A stretch of 64,000 nt of DNA from Lama guanicoe (GCA_013239625.1 MU054323.1:3274161-3338160); one strand, 5' to 3'. Counted from the first letter of the stretch, positions 35,000 to 48,584 are shown. Program-made: numbers and translations. Notes: a model not told the origin generated them from the sequence alone.

Positions 35000-35217
35000 C
35001 CAACACAAGGCAATTTACAGAGATCATCCCCATCATCTGCCTCAAACTCTATTTTTAACAATAAGACTGGTTATAAAGAACCTTGAATTGTCCTACCAAG
35101 GTACTAAGGTAGGTATAAGCTTTCCCATCTTGTAGCTGAGGCTCCTGAAACAGAGATGTAGTGACTGACTCCAGGACAGAGTGCCAGAGGGTAGCAGAAT
35201 TGGGATTGGTACCTGGG

Positions 35218-35553
35218 TGCTATGGGCTGAATGTGTGTCCCCCGCAAGGTGGAGTGTTAGGAAAAGGGGCCTTTGGGGAAGTATTAGGTCACGAGGGCAG
35301 AGCCTTACGAAAAGGATTAATTCTTTTATGAAAGAGATGCCCGAGACCTACCTTGTCCCTTCCACCACATGCAGTATGTGCGATTCCCCTAGAAGGTACC
35401 AGCTATCAATCAGAGGGGGGCCCTCACCCAACAACAAATCTGCTGGTGCCATGATCTTGGACTTCCCAGCCTCCAGGACTGTGAGAAATAAATGTCTGTT
35501 GCTTATAAGCTGCTCAGTCTCTGGTATTTTCTTATCCTGAACAGACTAAGACA
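35218..35553 (+). mobile_element. MLT1A-like solo LTR inserted in a minus-strand MIR
   Basis: tgctatgggctgaatgtgtgtcccc...gactaagaca; perfect 5-bp TSD CTGGG (35213-35217 / 35554-35558). Confidence 0.93.
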
Positions 35554-35789
35554 CTGGGGTCTCCCTGACATTTGAGTCATGATCTTTCCGCGACATCTTA
35601 ACTGCCTCTCTCAGTAGAAATGTCAAGAGAATTACTTCCTTGGGAATGTGGGTAAGAGTAGTCTTACTGCTTCTGAAAACTAGAGTTCCTGCTTTAAACT
35701 CCCGCTTGAAGAGATCAAATCACCCAGACGTTACATTTTCAGAACCCGAGAAGGGAAGTTTGGGAGGACGGAGTACTTAGTCTCACACT

Positions 35790-36236
35790 TCCGGCCGTTC
35801 CAGGAACCGAGTGGTTCTCATTCAGGGCCCTTCATCTAGTTGCATTCGGACGCTGGCTGGTCCTAGAGTCATCTAAAAAGTCTCCTCACTCATATGACTG
35901 GTGTCTGATGCCAGTGAGAGCTCATGGGAGCTGTGGACCAGAACATCTACATGTGGATTCTCCATGTGTCCTAGGCTTCCTCACAGCATGGCAACTGGAT
36001 TCCAGGAGCAAGAGTCCCTAGAAAATAAAGTGGAGGTACATGGCATTTTTCTGGTCTAGCTGCAGAACTCACATATGTGTCTTTTCTGCAGTGACTTCCA
36101 CTCATCACGGCAGTCACAAAGTCCCACCTAGGCTCAAGGAGAGGGACGTAGATTACTACTCAAGGGGAGGAGTGTCAAAAAGAACATGGAACATAGGATG
36201 TACTGAGGCCATCTTTGAAAATTACCACCTGCCACA
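35790..36236 (-). mobile_element. Old MLT1 LTR
   Basis: ctacatgtggattctccatgtgtcctaggcttcctcacagcatggc...ggccatctttgaaaattaccacctgccaca. Confidence 0.7.
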
Positions 36237-37544
36237 TGGCAGGATTTCCCGGAAGACTTTTCCATTTGAAGGAAAAAGGTGAAGAATGGCAAATTGAGGC
36301 TCTAACAAGGACCTCTCCCTGTAGTCACGTCCAACAGTAGCTCCTTCAGGGAACCGGCCACAAGAGACATGGTTGGCAGCAAGATTTACCACTCTGCCAA
36401 AGCTGTCATTGAAATAAATAGGATTAGGGCTGCACTGACTTCATCATCCGGACTGTTCTAATAACATGTAATTTGCAGCCATGCTGTGACCAGCAAAGCT
36501 GCTGGGGCATGTGAGTGGGAATGCCTGGTCTCCTCTGGGACGGATCCATTTGCTGGAAATCTTGCAGACCCTTGACCTTGTCCCAGAAGACAGATCTTAA
36601 ATCCTCCCCTTACCAGATATTTTTATGCAAACAAAGCAAGGGTAATTTTGCTTTTGAAGTTCCTGAGTCAGCCAGAGCCTTAAGAAATGTCCCCCATCTT
36701 CTCCCAGCTTCTCTTTCTGAGGTCTCAGTCCCAAGCCTGGGAGCTCCGGAAATCCAGTCAAACCAGCTGGGAGTTTTCCCACTGGAGAGCACAAGTGTGC
36801 TGGGGCCTGGCTCCCAAGAGACCTATGTCCAGCCTCCGGGTGGGCTCAGTATCCACCCATGATCCGGTCTATCAGGCCCTGCTAAGGGGTGGCTCCTAAG
36901 GTGTGGAGCACACGCCACAGGATGGGGGAAAGACCGCTACCCAAGCCGGTCTGGTCGCTTTCCCCGGGACTCCCTGACCCAGCTGGCTGCTAGCTTCCTT
37001 CTGCTCTCTTCCCTCCAGCTCCCTGCCCCTGTTGCAGGAAGCACAGTGCCCTCCTAACCCCAGCATCCCAGGCCCTCCCATGCAGACCAACCTGATGCTG
37101 CTCTAGGCCCCTTCCAGCCTGAACAGGGAGTGGCAGGGCAGGACTTTCAGAAGGGCCACAGAGCAGAGCATGCTTTCAACACACCCTTGAGACTCAAACT
37201 CCTGTAAGAACTTTCTGCTCACTGGGGCCTTGCAGTGAGGCTGCGCGTGAGCAGAGGGGCCGGGCCAAGGAAGGGGCAGGGCTCTGATCCCTGCGGGAGG
37301 TGGCCTCAGCTACCCGCCTGGGATGTAGGTGTCTGCCTCTGGGGTGCCTCTCCTGCCCCTGCAGAAGCTCATCCCACTGTGGGCCTTCCTCATCCCATAG
37401 GGAGTTCCCTTAATGAGTGAATTGCCCCTGATCTCAGCTCCTCACCTGGGAATTTTCAGTACAGAGCAGCAGTGAAACCCAGGAGTGTCCTAAAGTCTGG
37501 GGAGATGACTCCACACAGAATAGCCAGCTCTAAAGAAAGAAACA

Positions 37545-37745
37545 TTAATAACAACCACCACCATTGATTGAGCATCTATTATGTAGTAGGCACACCACCA
37601 ATGCCTTATTCTCAGTATCCACCCCTTACAATAAACCATTTTGTGGGTGAGAACAACCAAGGCTCAGAGACGTTACACAGATTTCTCATTGTGTTGTGAT
37701 AGTAAATGTTGGAGCCACTTTATGAATCCAGATCTGGCTGTTTGT
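37545..37745 (-). mobile_element. MIR fragment
   Basis: attgagcatctattatgtagtaggcac...ccattttgtgggtgagaacaaccaaggctcagaga. Confidence 0.7.
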
Positions 37746-38192
37746 AAACTCCTCAACAGAGACCATGAAGGATTTCTAATGCATCCTGGGCCTTGGCAAG
37801 CGGCCCCTGAATCCATGGAATAATCCACCCTGGAGCCTCCCTTTTCATCCTTGGTCCCCTCTGCCCAAGACAGAACCAGAGCCAGTGGGTCTGGGCACAG
37901 GGAGGACAGGGAAAGTGGCAGGCTGGCTGGCTGGGGCTCGTCTGGGGAGGGCCTCCCCCACCATGGGGCCCAGCTGAGGCTGTTGTGGCGGGAATCAGGT
38001 CTTAGATGCTAAAGGCCCAAGGAGAGAAGGGTTTCTGAAGATGAGCCCACAAAACTAGGGGTGCTGCTGGCCATTTTGACAGCTTAGCCATTACCCAGAG
38101 GAAGGCCCCTCCCTGTGACTGCCCCCTGAGATAGCACCTCACCCTCCCCTTCCTCCCCAGGAACTACTTTCAATGGAAGGTGAATGAATTAT

Positions 38193-38387
38193 AGGGTCAA
38201 GTCCCAGATCAGCCTCTCACTACTAGCTGTGTGACCTCAGAAATGTCACTTAACCTCTCTGAGCTTCCATTTCCTCCTCTGCAACTGTGTATAATACCTA
38301 TCTGCCTGTTGTTGGGAGCATTCAAGATCTTGGTCATGAAGCCCTCAGTGCCCAGCACATGAGAGGCATGATGATGCTGGCATTATT
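38193..38387 (+). mobile_element. MIR fragment
   Basis: tactagctgtgtgacctcagaaatgtcacttaacctctctgagcttccatttcctcctctgcaa. Confidence 0.8.
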
Positions 38388-41215
38388 GTCCTGGACCCTC
38401 AGAGGGCAGGACACCGTGGTCGGGGTGATTGATTCCGGGTCAGAGTGTGGAGGAGTTGCTCTATGAGGACCCTCACAGTCAGAGAAATTTCCAGTTCGGG
38501 CACAGATGGGGTTCACTGATAGGGCCCCTGGGCTGGCTGGAGCACAGGACTGGCATTCCTCAGCCAGCAGAGAGCAGCTGCCATGAGGGGCTGGGGGGCG
38601 GTGCCCTGAGGAGGTCTGGTTCAGTGAAGAGGAGATAAGAAATGGCTTTGCCCCTGGCCTCAGTCAGGAAGAGCCAGGGTATGGATGTGAGCCCAAGACT
38701 GTCTCCCACTTTACCAGGCAAAGGAGAAGGAAAAAGTGAATGGGCCCCATGGGACCAGACCTTTGTTTGCTGGGAACCAAACTTAATAGAGCTTTGTGTG
38801 AGAACTGGGGAGAGTCCCCTGCCCTCACCCAGGGGGCCTGACAGGGGCTGGGAGCACCGGACAGGAAAGGCAGGTTTCCTGCTGGCCTCGGGCTCTGGAG
38901 TGGCCAGGCCAGACCAAGAATTTCCGGCAGAACAGGCTGCTACCACTGCTGGCCAGGGCTGCCACTCACAGCTCTCAGACACGAGCGCCCACCCCCAGGA
39001 CCCCATCCCCATGTTCACGGTCATTGATGGGTCAAAACTTGGGAAGCTCCCTTCTCCCAAAGATCTGGAGGGAAGAAAGGATGGGCTTGTTGGACCCAGG
39101 GCTCTCCCACCATCTATCCTTCACAAGTCTGACTCCTCTCCAGTGATGGGTGCTTCTCCAGATGGGTCAGGAGTGGTCCCTGGGAAGGGAGGCGGCAGCC
39201 CAGTCCATGTCCACTCGTGGAAACGAGGGAACTCCCATGAGCCCCCTCCACCGCTAACAGACAGTCTTGGAAGCCCCTGTAGAGAGGGATGGATGATAAG
39301 AGAAGAGGCTGCTGTGGGCCATCCGGGGCCTGGTTTGCCCACAAGTGTTCATCAGAGGCCGCCCTGGTGTTTGGTTCCAGGTAGCTCCTGCCCCACACCC
39401 AGCGCCCCACATGCGGGGCCCAGCCGGGGCTAAAGGCCACGTTCCCACGCCGCTCCTCCTGGAGCCGGGCCAGCCCCAGTCAGCGCCTTTCACTGTCCTG
39501 CCAGCTCAGAGCCCAGAGCACCTCAGGGCTCTGTCTGAGGGGAATCAGGCAGTTTCAGTTACCTGCCGACTGGGCCCGCACGATCAATGCCTCTTTATTT
39601 CCTGAAAAGTTCCATGCTCGCAGCAATGGGCCCAGGACAGACTTGCAGTCTTTTCCCATCCAGGCAAACCCCTGGGCTCCCGGTGAAAATGGGGAGGGGT
39701 TCTCCTCACACCAGCAAGGATGGACTGAATCTCAAGGCCCTGATCGAGGCCTGTGGTCCCCAAAGTTGGGGGGCCTTGAACTACCTGAGGACCTGAATTT
39801 GTGGATTCATTCAACAAGTACAAGTATACTTGACTGCTGGGCGCCATGGTGGCCTTGGTGTACGGCAGTTCCCCGGGAGCTGACAGGAGCAAGTGAGTTG
39901 TCCGTCAGTAAGAGGACTGGATGGTGCAGTCCTTGGTCAATATGTCCCGGTCTCTGCTAGCAGGACACTCAACACTAGGGCTGGTTAGGAGAAGAGATGC
40001 CAAACAGCCCAGGCCATTCTGGCCGTCATGGGGCTGTGCCCATACGGTCGCCCATCAATCCATTCAGAGCAGGAGAGGTCATGATCAGATCCAAATTTGC
40101 TGGTGTGGACACTGTAGGGCCCCTAATCCAGGCCCGTAAGGGGTTGCTTGGCTGGAAGAACCTGACAGTCAAAGATGAGCAGAGCTCCAGGATCCAGTCC
40201 TTCCCACAGAGACCTCTTACCTGCTAAGGCTGAGTTAAGGAAAGCTTTGCCCTTTGGCCTCCCATCTGCCATGGCCGTGGAGGCAGACACTGGTGAGCTT
40301 GAGCTCCTTGCAACTGACTAGAAGAAACTTTCCAACAGGAAAACTGAGTGAGGCTTCAGCCAGAGGGTTAAGAGCAGCTGGTTGAGGCTCTCTTACCCGG
40401 TGGGACCAGGCAGGGCCAATTCAAAGAGCTTCCGCAGCCTCCATGAGAAACTGGCGGGTGTCCCAGAGACGGGGCATCTGGCCCCCTGGCCAGCCTCCAC
40501 TTCCCACCTTGCCTGGCACAGCCCTCACCCCCTCACAGGAGGCTATGGGGAAGCACAGCCAAGTGGAGGGACCAGGGTGAGGCCCCAGGGGCACAGGTTT
40601 TCTGTGGGCAAAGGACCCCAGAGAGCAGGGCCAGAGGCTGTCAGCATGCAGCCAAGGCCAGATGTGCCCTGCCCAGGGGGACCTGCTCTGTGCCAGCTCA
40701 GGGAGGTCTCCAGAAGCCTGCACAAAGCCTCTGGGGGAAGCTGGGCCCAGCAGGGACAGAACCCTGCCCTCTGGGTACAAGGACTTGTCAGACCCTGGCA
40801 AATCATTGAGCTTGTCAGAGCCTAAAAATCAAGTGAGTCAGGGAGATAAGACAGCATTAGCCAGTTGAACTTATGGCCTCATGAGTCACTTCATTTCCAG
40901 GCAGCAGATTGTCACCTCAGTTTCCTCCCACAACACGCAGGTAGAGAACACACGGCAGACTGCTGGTGGCATGAAATCCTGGGACACGACCTCACTGGGA
41001 AGGATGGGGCTGTGGGCAGGGAGCACCCAGGACACCAAGGCAGCCTAGATGAGGGTCCAGGGCTGCCTCTTGCCTGCCGTGTGACCTGGACAGCTTCCTT
41101 CAGCTCAGCCATAAAATGAGCCTATAGTACCTAGTACCTGTCCTTCTCTGAGTACCTGGGGAACATTGGGTGAGCCAAAGGAGGCAGACCTGTTGGGTGA
41201 ATAGCAGGCAGCTGT

Positions 41216-41218
<3 letters not shown>

Positions 41219-41284
<66 letters not shown>
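41219..41284 (+). repeat. (CA)33 microsatellite
   Basis: Perfect CA repeat; source of the CVCV ORFs. Confidence 0.98.
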
Positions 41285-41285
<1 letters not shown>

Positions 41286-41366
41286 CTGTCCCTCCTGTTG
41301 TCGGTGTTATCTGGGTCCAGCAGTTTCTCTATAATGTGCACAGTCACAATCAGGGACCAGAGTCAC

Positions 41367-41737
41367 TGTTCATGACTAAACTGTGTCCCCCGAAACTGGT
41401 GTGTTGAAGCCCTAACCTTCAGTTCCCCAGAATGCCAGTGTGTTTGGAGACAGAGCCTTTGAAGAGGTGATTAAGTGAGATAAGGTCACATGGGTGGGCC
41501 CTAATTCAATTTGACTGGTGCCCTTATAAGAAGAGGGAGAGACATCAGGAAAGGCCATGCAAGGATGCAGTGAGAAGGTGGATGTCTGTCTGCAGGCTGA
41601 AGAGAGAGGCCTCAGGAGAAACCAGCCCTCCGACAGCCTAACCGGGGACTTACAGCCTCCAGAGCTGTGAGGAAATGAATTCTGTTGTGTAAGCCCTCTG
41701 GTCTGCTTTGTTACAATGGGCCCAGGACATGAATACA
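41367..41737 (+). mobile_element. MLT1B-like solo LTR
   Basis: tgttcatgactaaactgtgtcccc...gacatgaataca; 5-bp TSD GTCAC/GTTAC. Confidence 0.9.
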
Positions 41738-43464
41738 GTTACCAAAGGGATCACCAGGCTCAGGCATAGGCCGTCCTTGCTCGTCCTGGAAGCTCCCCTC
41801 AGGGCCTCCTCACACATGGTATTTCCGTGGGCCTGGGCTCTGCCGGGCAGGAGCATGCTCCTCTCCGGTCCTCACGTCTGGGGTGGGGTGGGGTCACCCT
41901 CACCATCTCCTCAAGGGTGACGCCTTCCCAGCCAGGCCAACGGCCCTCTGAAACGTCCCTGGCACTGGGGGCCTCTCTCTGGCCAGCAGCTGGGCGGCCA
42001 GGCCTGCTCCTGCCCAGCAGGCTTGGTTAGCCCCTCAGCAGGGGCCTGGCGCCAGGCATGGGAAACCCTCATTTGTGCCACTTCTGGGCCCTCAGCCCAC
42101 GTGGTCTCATTCTTTCTCCTGGCTCCTGGCCAGACTGAGAACCCCTTCAGGAAGGCTCGCAGGCATTCCTTGAGGCTGGCTTCTCTCTCTAACTCCTCAG
42201 AAATCCACCTACAGTTTCCATTGCTTGTCTAGCTGACCAGGGCATTCAGAAGGCTCCTGGAGGCAAAGGAGAGGTGAGAACAGAGAGAGAGGAGCCAGAG
42301 GACAGGTGTGAGGGCCCGTCTGCCCTCAGTCCCTGACCCCCAGGGGCAGGTCTTTATCAGCACCCCCTTCGGCCTGAGCCAGGGCTGGGAGTCCGGCTGG
42401 AAAAAGCAGTGCTTTCTCTGACTGCCTCACCTCTGACCCTGCAGATACTGAGGTGGTCCTTCTGCTCAGAGGGCCCTGGCCTGAGGTCAAGAGCCTCACC
42501 ACTGCCGGTGAGGAGCCGAGACCAGGGCTCTGGAGGCTTCTCTGGCCACCAAGGGGTCACGACCAAGAGGTCATGGAAGAAGGCAGTCAAGCTGGTGCCC
42601 ACAGTGTCCGGAGCTGAATAAACCCCAGGCCCGTCTGTACCGGGCTCAAGGAGGAAAAGGGCTGGCTTTCTTTCCTCAGCTCCCGGGGACTCTGCCCTCC
42701 CTTCTCAGGAGGAACTTCCTCTGAACCAGGAGACCTTGGGCTCTGCCTGAGGTCTTCCTGATCATCCTGGCTGTGCTGCGGGGCTGAGGGGATGGGGGAG
42801 GGGCTGGTCAGTCTGGCCAGGTCAGAGGTGAGGGATGGATGGTTGCTCCAATGTGTCCGCTCATTCATTTATTCACTAAGAAGTCACGAAGCATCCTTCT
42901 GTGCCAGCCCCTGTGTTAGGCTCTGGCCCAGGGTGGGTGGGAGAGCTGTGGAAAAGACCCATTGTTTGTGCAGGGATGGGTGACTAACCTGAGGGATGAA
43001 GGAGCCCTTTCTCCAGAGGCAAGTGGGTGCCTGACAGTGAAGACACACAAGCACCCCAATAAAACTCGTCTGAGAAGCTCTTTGTGGCTGGGCTGTTTGT
43101 CTTCCAAGCGCATCTGGGGCCAGGACCCAGCCCCACACCGTGTTATCTTTGTGTTCCCAGGTCTACCACGTGGGAGTGGTTCCTCGTGGCGGTGCTGGAG
43201 TGGGGCTGTGGAGGGTTGGGAGAGCAAGGATGAGAGTTCCGTACGGTGATCTCACCCCTCTAGCCCACCTCCAGGGAGTCCCTACAGCCGCCGAAAAGGC
43301 TGTTTCCTGGGTGTTGAACACGCCAGGGGCTGGCAGTGGTGGGACAGACCTCTCTGCTGGTGAGGCCAGCATCAACAGGACCATCTGAGGCACTTCATCC
43401 TCTTGGTCAGGCTGAAGCTCTGGCTCACCCAAAGGCCATGTATCTTAATGCTCTGCCTCCTCTC

Positions 43465-43706
43465 TTGCTGCATCACCTTGATTTGTTCTATTTATAGCAC
43501 TTGTCACCTCTGAAATGATCTGTTTTTGTTTACTTGCTTGTTTTTTCTTCCTCCCACCCCCGCCTAAGAGGGAAGCTCAAGGAGGGCAGGGAACATCTCC
43601 ATCATGTTGGGACGTCTCCATCATGTTCACTGCCATAGCTCCTGTATCTGAAACAGTGCCTGGCACATCAGTGGGTGTTCAGTAAATAGCTATTGAATAA
43701 ATGAAC
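43465..43706 (+). mobile_element. LINE-2 3' end
   Basis: acagtgcctggcacatcagtgggtgttcagtaaatagctattgaataaatgaa. Confidence 0.8.
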
Positions 43707-45559
43707 AAGCAGAGACCAGGCAGAAGGGATAAAATCAAAACAGAATCTGACATGATTGCAGCCCTGGGGGCTCAAATACGGAGGCACAATGGAGAGGGAT
43801 GGGCAGTTACAACGCAACATGATAAGCACTTTCCTTAATGCTGGGACTGGTGCAGTGAGCCCCTGGAAGAGGCACCTACCAAGAGTGTGTGTGAGCGTGT
43901 ACAAGGGCAGGCTTCCTGGGCAAGCCATGTCCAAGTGGAAAGCTGACAAATTGTAAGCAGGTGCAGAGGAGGTCTTTACAACTTTATTCAAGACTTGGCT
44001 CAAATTCTCCTCTTTCAAGAAGCCTGCTTGAATCACCTCATCACATGGTATATATCATTCAGAATACATTAGTTTGTGCTGGTCTTTCTGTAATATAAAT
44101 GTGCTGGGGAGGGAGAATTTCTGGAACCTGCGTGGTCCTCCTGAGTAGCGAGGGAGCTTCCTCCTGGAAGGTGGGAGCGCGTTGAGTGAGCTGTACTCGC
44201 ACCTGGGATGGAGGGAGTGAGTGCATGAGGACATAGGGGCCCGTGCACAGGTGTGCACCTGTGACCAGAGCAGCGGTGATGTGCATGCTGTATGTGCGGT
44301 GAGCAAGTGCATGAATGAGGGAGCGGAAGTCAGGCTCCTCCGGCAGCAGGATCAGTTCAGGGACGAGTCCCTGCAGGGCTGGCTGGAGTCCCTGCTTCAG
44401 CCTCAAAGTCCAGGCATGTGTGTGGCAGGAGGACCCAGCTCGCTCAACGCACTCCCGCCCTCTGGGAAAATGGTGCTGTTTTCGGAACCCCTCACTGGGG
44501 TCTCACTCTCTTTGGCTCTTTGTAGGTTCAGGTGTCCTTGCCTGAGACCAGATCCTCTACCTCCTTTGCACCTGTGCCGCCTTCCTCCCAACCCAAGACC
44601 TAACGTGCTTAAGTCAGGACCAAGTGAAAAATCGTATTAACAAATATTTCGAGCAGGCAGGCTAATTTTTAGGACATGTATAGGAAGGGGTGCACACACT
44701 CTGTCAGATCCCAAGACTGAGCTTCCAGAAGACGCACAAAGCCCAGTCCCCACAGGGCTGGAGACGTAAGCAGGGGAGCTGACTGGCTATCCAACTCCAG
44801 CTCTGAGAAGCAGACGGGGAGGCTCAGGTACCATTCAGATGCCCTTGCATGGCTCTGAGATTGAAGGTTGCAGGACAGTGGGAGAGGATGGGTGAGCCAC
44901 CTCCCCCACTAACTCACAGGGAAATGGCCCAACTAAGCACAGCTCTGTCATCTCAGCCCCACCCAGGTCCCCACTCTATTCCCACCACACTAGACCCGGT
45001 CCCTCTGCTGCAATCTCCATGCTTCGTCTGTCCTGGACTAGCTCTTTCCTGACTCCATTTTGCAGACCTGAACATCACCCTGCAACTGTAATCATTTCTT
45101 CTCTACTCTTGGAATCTTTCCTTCTTTTTCCCCCAGATCTCCAGAAACATAGGGTCATTGGCACATGTGGCCTGATTTCACATGTGTCAGGTGTGACTCT
45201 TGTCCCACTTCCACACCATGAATTTCTAAAGAGCAGGGGCTTCCACTTTATTTTCCCTCTAATACCTTCATTAGTGAATTCATTTGGTCATTCATTCACT
45301 CAACAATCCATTGTGTGCCAGAATCTCTGTTCTGTGCCTGGACATAAAGTGAAAAAGTATTGTCCTTGCTCTGGAGTCATGTTTGGTCTCCTTGGACAGA
45401 CAAGTGTGGAAACAGACAATTACTATGCAATACTGTAATGCTGGAATGGAGGTGCGTACACGGTGCAGCGGGAACACAGGGACATCCCTAAGGCAGCCTT
45501 GAAAAAGATATGTCACCAGTGATCGTTGTTTGCCAGGCTCTATTCTAAGTTCTTCACTT

Positions 45560-46090
45560 ATTTTTATTTATATTTTCATTATTTTGAAGTGCTTATTTTA
45601 GAACAGGTAAATATAGACAAACTATAGAATTCGGAAGGTGCGAATGACACCTTTGAGCCTTCCAGAGAGCACACCCTTGCCCAAATTTTGTACCTTTCAG
45701 ATAGACTACATTTTATTCCTAAGTCCATGTGCACACCCACACGCACATGCACACTGTTTTTACATAAATGATCACACAATATTCTGCATCTTGGTTTTTT
45801 ATTCCATGTAAAAATCTTGAAGCTCATACCATATCACTGTGGAGATGCCTCACTCTTGGGTAATAACTGCACGACGTCAGTATTCCATTATAAGAAGGTA
45901 CTATACTTTGTTTAACCAGTCATCTGTTAATGGCTATTCATGCTTACTCTAATTGTTCACAATTACAAATATGCCGCAATGAATAACCTTGTGTTTGCAT
46001 TATTTTCAACAAGTGTCATATATTTACAAAATAAATTCATAGGAGTGCAATTGTTGGGTCAAAGGTAGCTGCATGTAAAATTTTAACTGC
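45560..46090 (-). mobile_element. Ancient L1M 3' fragment
   Basis: ttcacaattacaaatatgccgcaatgaataaccttgtg...aggagtgcaattgttgggtcaaagg. Confidence 0.7.
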
Positions 46091-46249
46091 CCTCCGTCTA
46101 CCGTTTAGTTCTTAAAAACTCACCACTAAGCTCTACAAAGCTTTTCCTCTAATCTCTTAACAGAATCCCCATCTGCCATGGCTGAAATACTCAGGTGGGC
46201 AGAGAAGAGGAGGAACAAAGACAGTACTTCCATTTAAAATGTTTCTCTC

Positions 46250-46393
46250 GGAGGGAGGGTCTAGCTCAGTGGCTGAGCACGTGCTTAGCAGGCATGAGGT
46301 CCTGGGTTCAATCCCTAGTACTCCATTAGAAATAAATAAGTAATTATAAAAAAAAAAACCTAATTACCTCTCCCCTTCAAAAAACAAACAAAA
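46250..46393 (+). mobile_element. Full-length Vic-1-type SINE
   Basis: tRNA-Ala-like head and A-rich tail; 15-bp TSD taaaatgtttctctc (46235-46249) / taaaatgcttctctc (46394-46408). Confidence 0.93.
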
Positions 46394-47889
46394 TAAAATG
46401 CTTCTCTCTTCCCTTTTTTATCTTTTAAACATAAATATACCTTCATATATAAATATTGAATTTCATTTACAAATATGTATACTATAAAGTGTAAAGAAAA
46501 TTTAATATAATGAGTTAATAATACAAATATGAATTTTACATATATGTATAAATAAATAACAAATGTAAACATAAAATTCAACAGGGAGGCACATGGTCCG
46601 GGAACCACTTGTAGCCTCCTTGGGACCGCAGGGCAGAGTCTGCCCGAGAAGGGAGTCCGGAAATCTGGCCCCAGTTTCCTGATCAGAGTCCTGGATGGCG
46701 AACCATCTGCAGCAAGTTCAGGTTCATTAGCCAATACGTGGCATTTTTGTTTATGCCAGTTTGGTTGGGCTTTTTGGTCACTGCTTCCAGAAGAGCCCAC
46801 CTGATGCCACAGCTGGTAATGGGAGAGCTGGACCCAGCACAGGAGGAGGGGCTTCCCCAGAGACGGATGGTTATGGCTGCGACACCTGGAGGGTCATGAG
46901 GGGTCAACCAGGCAGATCAGGCATGAGGAAGGTGGCCCGACAGCAGAAGGGCCTGATGTCGCAGAGGTGGGGAAATGGAGGCATTCCGAGAACCAGCGTG
47001 GCTCAGAGTGGCAGGAGGGTCCCTGAGAGACTGGGTGGACTGGGGTGGGGGGGTGGGTGCACACCACAGGTGCTGCGCTTTGTGAGTAATGTGATTCATC
47101 CTCATCTTTCATATGAGCTGACCAGAGCTTCACCCCGCAGTGATCACAGGTGTGACTGAAACATCGATTTCCTGCACCCTCTATGCCCAACCCAGGGTAC
47201 AGACCTCCGAGACCCACTCCCTGGCTCCTCGGCCTGGTGGCCCCAAAAGGCAGTCATCCTCAGAGACCTGGCACTGTACAGGCCCCACAGGGCCACACCT
47301 GGGGTGCCCATGCTGGCCCCACGAGGGAGAAGGCTGACAAGGAGAAAGGCTTTGGGCATGCCAGAACCGCCCCTTCCCCGGTGTGTAGGTGTGCATGTGT
47401 GCACACGTGCTGTATGCACACAGGAAGCCAATTACGCTTTCCCAGCCAGGCCCTCAGGAACATTCTCCAGTATTTACTATTCCTTTTTATCTCACATGGC
47501 CTTCTGGAGCCTTTGACCCCATAGCTGCGTGAGGCAGGAAAGGAAAGGACAGGGGCTGGGCAAGAGGAATTTGCCCTCTGCTGTGTCTCAGGACTCCAGG
47601 CTTCCGGGGAGCAGGCTCTGCCTCCACCAGTGGCCACAAGCTGGGCCCTCCTGTCCCTGCCTCCGGGCACTTCCCAGCTGCCTATCGTCCACAACGGGAT
47701 CCCACTGAAATGAGGCTGCCCTCTGTGTCACTCTGGCTGGGTCACCTTCAGAAGGAGGCACATTTTTTTCTCAGACTCAGAAGGCCCTTTGTAATGTACC
47801 TACCTGTCTGGCCTCATTTGTCCCGGTTCCCACCTCACTCTGGGCTCCAGGCACAATGCCCACAGCTGGTCCCCGAAAGCACCATGGCT

Positions 47890-48385
47890 TGTGCATTGGT
47901 TCCTCCGGCTGTTGTAACCCACGACCATAGACTAGTGGCTCCAAACAACACAGACTGATTATCTTCCACTTCTGGAAGTCAGAAATCCAAAATTGGGTCT
48001 TAAGGGGATAAAATCAGAATGCCAGCAGGGCTACATCCCTCTGGAGGCTCTAGGAAGGAATCCACTTCCTGACCTTTTCCAGCTTCAAATGTCACCTGAT
48101 TCCTTGCTTTGTGGTCCCTTCCTGCATCTTCAAAATCAGCAGTGTAGCATCTTCCAATCTCTTTCTTGCCTCTGTTTACCTGCCGCATCTTCTCTCTCTG
48201 AGTCTAACACTCCTGCTTCCCTCTTATAAGGGCCCTGGTGATTGCATTTAGGGCCAACCCAGATAATCCAGGATAATCTCCCATCTCGAGAGCCTTAATT
48301 TAATTACATCTGCAAAGTCCCTTATTCACAGGTTCTGGGGATTAGGACATGGACATCTTTGGGGACCATTATTCTGCCTGTCACA
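47890..48385 (-). mobile_element. MLT1D-like solo LTR
   Basis: tgtgcattggttcctccggctgttgtaac...ccagataatccaggataatctccc...ggggaccattattctgcctgtcaca. Confidence 0.9.
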
Positions 48386-48392
48386 GATCACT

Positions 48393-48584
48393 CCGAGCTT
48401 TGGCACATGTAGGCCATCTGCACTGTGACAGGCAGAATAATTGCTGACTGAGGCCGTATTGGGGCTCTGATCCGGGCCAGGCCCTGATCACCAAGCTGTG
48501 TGCACAGGCAGGGGGCGATATACTCCCAGAGGGCACATTTGTCTAATTTGCACAAAAGTACCATATGCACCAGCAAAGGCCCTG
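48393..48584 (-). mobile_element. MER91A-like hAT-Tip100 element
   Basis: gggcacatttgtctaatttgcacaaaagtaccatatg...ggccctg terminus; a similar fragment lies at about 54300-54355. Confidence 0.6.

Noticed and set aside
38642..39433. Longest ORF, 263 aa
   Set aside because: Pro/Gly/Ser-rich composition expected from stop-poor GC-rich DNA; no domain or homology I recognise.
41100..41347. Cys-Val repeat ORFs
   Set aside because: Translation of the (CA)n microsatellite.
46420..46580. Extremely AT-rich tract
   Set aside because: Low-complexity sequence next to a SINE; no periodicity or structure I can support.
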